From contig MU008161.1 of NCBI GenBank assembly GCA_010909165.1, positions 1,860,001 through 1,924,000 on the forward strand: a DNA stretch of 64,000 nucleotides, in the 5' to 3' direction. Origin of the DNA: Anthoceros angustus. Taxonomy: Eukaryota; Plantae; Anthocerotophyta. The notes beneath the pieces were generated by a model. The model saw only the letters and a program-made list of their open reading frames with translations. It had not been told where the DNA came from and ran no database searches. Within the stretch, counting starts at the first letter, position 1; each line of letters starts with the position of its first letter. A program made the position numbers and the translations under genes. This document shows, one piece after another, positions 58,976 through 64,000 of this stretch.

Positions 58976-61900
58976 ACTGTTTGAGTCCGTAGAGAGATTT
59001 CATGAGCTTACAAACCTTCTTCTTGTCCTTGATGTAACCAGGGGGCTGGAGCATATAAATGTCTTCATTGAGTGTACCATATAGAAAAGCAGTCTTTACG
59101 TCGACTTGGTGGATGTCCAGGCGGTGTTGAGCTGCAAGGGCCAAGAGTATCCTGATGGATGTGGATTTGACGACAGGGCTGTAGAGTCGATTCTCCTCAT
59201 AATCGAAGCCAGGAACTTGGTTGAAGCCTCTGGCGACTAGCCTTGCCTTGTACCTTGATACAATACCGTCTGGATTCAGTTTTCTCCTGAATGTCCACTT
59301 GCAGGATATTGGCTTGCGGCCTAGTGGTAATTCGGTAAGTATCCATGTCTTGTTGGCAATAAGTGAGTCATACTCCGACTTAGCTGCAGCAGTCCACTCA
59401 GGGAACTTGAAATCTTCTTCAATTGACTGAGGCACGTCTTGCATTTCAATAGCTCACATAGCTTGGTGTAGAGCCACGTTGATCTGATGAGTGTGCTGTG
59501 GTTGCATGCCCTCGGGAGCTGGAGCTGGATCAGTGTTGCTCTTGGAAGTCAGGGAGTCTTCAGGCTGATATGGTGGATCCTTCCATTGGGATCGTGGAGG
59601 ACGGTGACGGGTGGATCTACGAAGGACGGGCTCAGCGGGTATAGGTGGTTCAGGTATGTCATTCTGGTCAGGTACTGGCATAGGAAGCAGGTGAAGTTCT
59701 GATTCTGGTTCAGGTAGCTGACCTATTTCTGGTGGTTGGAATGGTGCGGGTTGGACAGGTGCTTGAACTGGGGCTGGAAGTGCAGCTTGTGGTTGTGGTG
59801 GAACCGGATTACCTGTCTGACCTTGCACATCATCAACAAACTCATAGCTGTGGGGTTGTATGTCTCCCCCTCAAGGTCAGAAAGGGAAGAAGGTGAATGG
59901 TCAGAAATGCTGGGAGCAGGAAGAGGTGTGGAAGTGGACACCGACTGCAGATAATTATTGAGCAGAGTTGCTTCATGGAAATGTACACTACGTGATAAGG
60001 TTACCTGACGGGTAGAGGGGTCAAGTAATCTGTATGCCTTAGATTGGTCAGAATAGCAGATAAACAACAGCTTCTTACTCTTATCGTCCCATTTCGTTCG
60101 CAGGTCATCTGGAATATGGGCGAATGTTGGGCAACCGAAGATACGGAGATGAGATATGCGGGGCTTCTGTCCTGTCCAGCGCTCATATGGCGTAATATTT
60201 GGAAGCTCCTTGGTCGGCAGTCGATTTTTGATGCAGTTGGCTGTCGAAACGGCTTCGGCCCAATATCCTTGTGTGAGGCCTGCCAGCTTGAGCACTGACC
60301 GAGATATCTCCAGCAGTGATCTGTTAAGTCTTTCTGCAAAAGGATTTTGTGCTAGCGTGTATGGGACTGTGAGCTGCCGGTTTATCCCTTTGGATGTGCA
60401 GTACTCCTGGAAGGAGTGACTGATGTACTCTCCAGCATTGTCTGTGCGAAGAGTGCTGACTTGAAGTCCTGTGTGCCGTTGTGTTAGTGCCACAAACTCT
60501 TGAAAGCATTGAAGGGCATGGTCCTTGTGCTTGAGAAAGTATATGTGGCAATACCGGCTCCATTCATCCAGAAAAGTTAGAAAATAGGAATGGCCACCAA
60601 AGGAGAATGTGCTCATGGGGCCACAGATATCTGAGTGGACGACTTCAAGCAGGCGTTTTGCCCTTGTAGGTAAGGGAGCATTGAAAGGCAATTGGTTTAG
60701 CTTGGTATACTGGCAAATTTCACAGTAGAGATCTGAGGATATCTTGGCTGAGATTGGGTCTCGATACGTGGCTGGGTTGGACAGGGAATTGAGATAGCGG
60801 GCACTCATATGACCAGCTCGGCAACGCCAAAGGAGAGAATCAGACTTGGATAAAGACTTAGGACCTGATCTTTGAGCATCGACCAGCAGGGAAGTAGGCT
60901 GGATATTTAAGAGGTATAAGTCGTTGTATGGAAGGCCATGTGCAAGAGTTGTTTTAGAGGGATCGTTAAGCTTGTGAATGAGACAACACTTGATTACCCT
61001 GGAATGTGATCACCAGGTTGTGCTCAGTTGCCAATTTGCATACTGATAGCAGGTTCTTTGTCATGCTGGGAACGTGCAGGACTCCAGTAATGAGAAGATC
61101 TTCACCATTTGATAACTGCAGCGAGACGTTGCCAGTGCCTGCGATTGCCAGGGCACTATCATCTCCTAGAAGGACGTGCTGATGTGCTGGTGAATCATGA
61201 TAAGACTCAAAAGCTTCCTTGCTGCTGCAGATATGAGTGGTTGTGCTAGAGTCTAGGAACCATCTATTCTGGTCTGTCCTGGTAAGCGTCAGACATACAG
61301 CTAGCACAATTGTAGGTGAAGTTGACTTAACGCTGGTGAAATGTGACTCATTGCGAGGTGCGTCACGGCGTGGCTCGCCGGCAAGCTTCTTTCTGCACTC
61401 GTTCTCGTAGTGCCCGGGGATTCGGCACCAATTGCATGGGCCCTTGGTCCTCTTGTGGTACTGTTACGCCGGAGAATGATTGAGATGAGGGCCTTGTGCT
61501 TGGGAGTATCCGCGGCCGCCTCACGGAGAATGATTGAGATGAGGGCCTTCGTGCTTGGGAGTATCCGCCGCCTCCTCTCGGCGCCTGAATTTTGCGCTGG
61601 TGCTTGGCCACGCCTTGTGATTGAGATCTCACCGGACTCCTCTTCGAGAAGGGGTGCAACCACTTCGGTGAAGGTATAAGCCGTCCCGGCTGCCCGGATT
61701 GCTGATCGGCATGGCAAGTCCCGATAAAGGTTCTATATGCAGGCGGCAAGGAGGTTAGTAGTGCAACTGCGGCTTGTAGTTCTGAAATAACGGTGCCTCC
61801 TGAAGCTAGTTTTGCTCTGAGCGATCTGAAGACGTTCACGTGATGTTCCACGGTATCGGAATCCTATTCTCAAGGAATAGAACTGCCTTGTGGCGTTGAT

Positions 61901-63094
61901 TAAAGACATGCTGCTTTGTGCTTGGAACATGTCTTTAAATGTTGTCCAAATGGCATTAGAAGTGGCTTGGCCACTGGTATGTTGCATCATACTTTTGTCG
62001 ATGGCAGAGATGAGGATGCTGCGAGCGCGCTTGTCCTTCCTGGTCCAAGCTGCGATCTGGTCAGAAGTTGCTGGGGGGTTTGATGTGGTGACCGGCTGGG
62101 CGATAGTGCCGTCGACTATCCCCATGAGGTCATGCTCCTCCAGCAGCGCAGTGATGCGCATCTGCCAGATGTCATAGTCGCTTCCTGTGAAGCGATCTCG
62201 ATCTCTAAACTCTACCTTAGTGGTGTTTACAATTTGAGCCATAGCTGGACGTTGTGCAAGACGGGTAAGTCTCATGGCAAGCAATTTTGTAGTATGCTGA
62301 CCTAGGGGGTCGAAATTAGGCATTTGCCTACTCACAATGCATTTGATTCAGTGTTCGTGTGTACAGGCAGGTTGGAGATGGCGACGAGGAGTGCCTCCAT
62401 CTACGATTTGATTAGTACTAATTGACTCTTAAGATAATCCTCGGAAGAGGTTGTGGGATTACGGAACACTGGAGAGGTTGCACTGCTGCGGTGAGCAGGT
62501 AGGGTCTCTACTCTGTGGATTCTTGATGAAATTCTCACTTCGGGTGAAGGATTGGGTCGGCTGACAAAAGTGTCTCCGCGGCAGGCACAGATACACTCTG
62601 GTGGAGTTACGTGTCAGGGCAGGCGGTGTGTGCGTCGGTTGGGGGCGTTCTGTTGGGCGACTCGCGGGTGCGCCGAGGCATGGTAGCCTACTCAGGATCG
62701 ATGAAGTCCGCTGCCGTTGCTCCGGGCGCGCTCCATGCCGGTGGCTATTGGAAGCCAAGCGCGGGGCGCGTTCGAGAGGCCAAACGGGGCGCGACTTGCT
62801 TGCTCTGATACCATAAAGTGAGATGCAATAAAGCAGAAAAGGATATTTTATTGATGAGCACTTGGGCTATTTATGCAATGCACTCATGGCGGTTATAACT
62901 ACTAGGAACGATGTGCGCAATAACTGTTTCCACATAACCGTTGAGGTTAATGCAGTAAATGCTATCTACTACATTTAATAATTATTTATTGCTCACGCAT
63001 GTGAAGTGTGCCCTAATGTGCCGCTACCAGCGCAGCCAGCGCATAAGGTCACAACAAAACATGTCCATCTTTGTGGCTACTATCTCTTAAAACA
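58975..63094 (-). mobile_element. Ty1/Copia element D, 3'-truncated within RT
   Basis: PBS tggtatcagagc at 62802-62813; probable 5' LTR about 62819-63094; gag; WFLDSSTTTHI; open integrase ORF 59723-60808; RT stops after SLYGLKQSA. Confidence 0.9.
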
Positions 63095-63103
63095 TCAGTG
63101 GAG

Positions 63104-63183
63104 ACTTTATAAAAAAGGAAGAGATAGGAAAACCCATTTACCCACTTTATAAAAAAGGAAGAGATAGGAAAACCCATTTACCC
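63104..63183 (+). repeat. 40-bp perfect tandem repeat x2
   Basis: actttataaaaaaggaagagataggaaaacccatttaccc occurs twice. Confidence 0.95.
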
Positions 63184-63539
63184 CGAGCCGATGGGGAACA
63201 ACTCATTAAAGGGCCAAGGGCCAAGGGCCAAGGGCTAGGCCCCTTCCCCTCTCCCCTCCCCGAATATCGATCTTGAAACTACCAACCGTCCTAAGTATGT
63301 CGTGGTCAAAGATAAGAAAAGGTGTACCTACGACCGGTGCTACTAATGCTGCGTTTCCCGCGCTCGTTGCTGACCTGTAAACAATGTTGGCCAACGCTCT
63401 CTGCAGAGAAGGCATGGGCGTCTTGCATAGGCCTGTACTTGTGTACCTTGAATGTCACGCCCCAAGCGAGCAGGTCAATAGGCGCGGCAGGGTTTAAATG
63501 ATGCATGATGAGGGGGTTGATACAGATTCTACAGGCATT

Positions 63540-63660
63540 CAGACATGGAGCGGCTAGTCACCACATCTCTTGTGGCTGACTCGTCAAACACCTTGCGGGC
63601 ATCCTCCAGGCCCCCACAATTTGCAGACATGTCCACCGGGCAGCTCGCAATGAGCACATC
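63540..63660 (-). pseudogene. PLS-class PPR fragment
   Basis: VDMSANCGGLEDARKVFDESATRDVV. Confidence 0.8.
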
Positions 63661-63724
63661 GACTTGCAGCCCCATTTCCTGACCCGGTCGTGTAGCTGCC
63701 TTCCCTGCTCCAATGCCCCGATTC

Positions 63725-63990
63725 TTTTACTTGGTGAGCAAGGGATGGGTCAGGAGGCTCTCCTGTGTCACGATCAAATGCTGATGGCAGGCATCCAGCC
63801 GACTGAAATCACCTTACTTTCACTTGGCAACGTGTCTGTGTGCAGTCATGCTGGCCTGGGGTGGGAAGGTGTAATCTAGAAGTGCTTGGAGTTCATGCAC
63901 ACAGATATCATGGGATAGCTCCCAGAGAAGCACTATGGCTGTATGATAGATCTGCCCGCGTGCTGGAGGCTTCACAATGTAGGAGAGCTC
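63725..63990 (+). pseudogene. PLS-class PPR fragment with stops
   Basis: QGMGQEALLCHDQMLMAGIQPTEITLLS..VCSHAGL..EG...EKHYGCMIDL. Confidence 0.8.
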
Positions 63991-64000
63991 TTGCCAAGTA

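Overview
This is eukaryotic nuclear DNA, most likely from a non-seed land plant. That is an inference from the short GT-AG introns, PLS-type PPR relics, a TPR-CHAT gene, and Sola- and CRE-like elements. Five conserved genes look intact: VAC14 (5'-truncated by the window), ureidoglycolate amidohydrolase, a DDX56/RH16 helicase, a WTF1-like PORR protein and eIF3a. Between them lies about 40 kb of nested mobile DNA: several Ty1/Copia elements, three PIF/Harbinger relics, a Sola2-like transposase inside a Copia, an RLE-type non-LTR fragment broken by an inversion, and a hAT-like non-autonomous element inside a Harbinger transposase. The strongest candidate for an undescribed system is a gene for a helical/TPR-like plus CHAT caspase-like protease with an intact His-Cys dyad. 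A predicted 113-nt intron joins two ORFs into about 1059 aa; the locus is internally triplicated and has a nearby inverted chimeric copy. The second candidate is the hAT-like element, which carries three tandem 5S-rRNA-derived Pol III promoter fragments and a palindrome cluster. Many frameshifts in the repeats are 1-2 nt deletions and may be assembly errors. All family calls come from motif recognition by eye; no searches were run.
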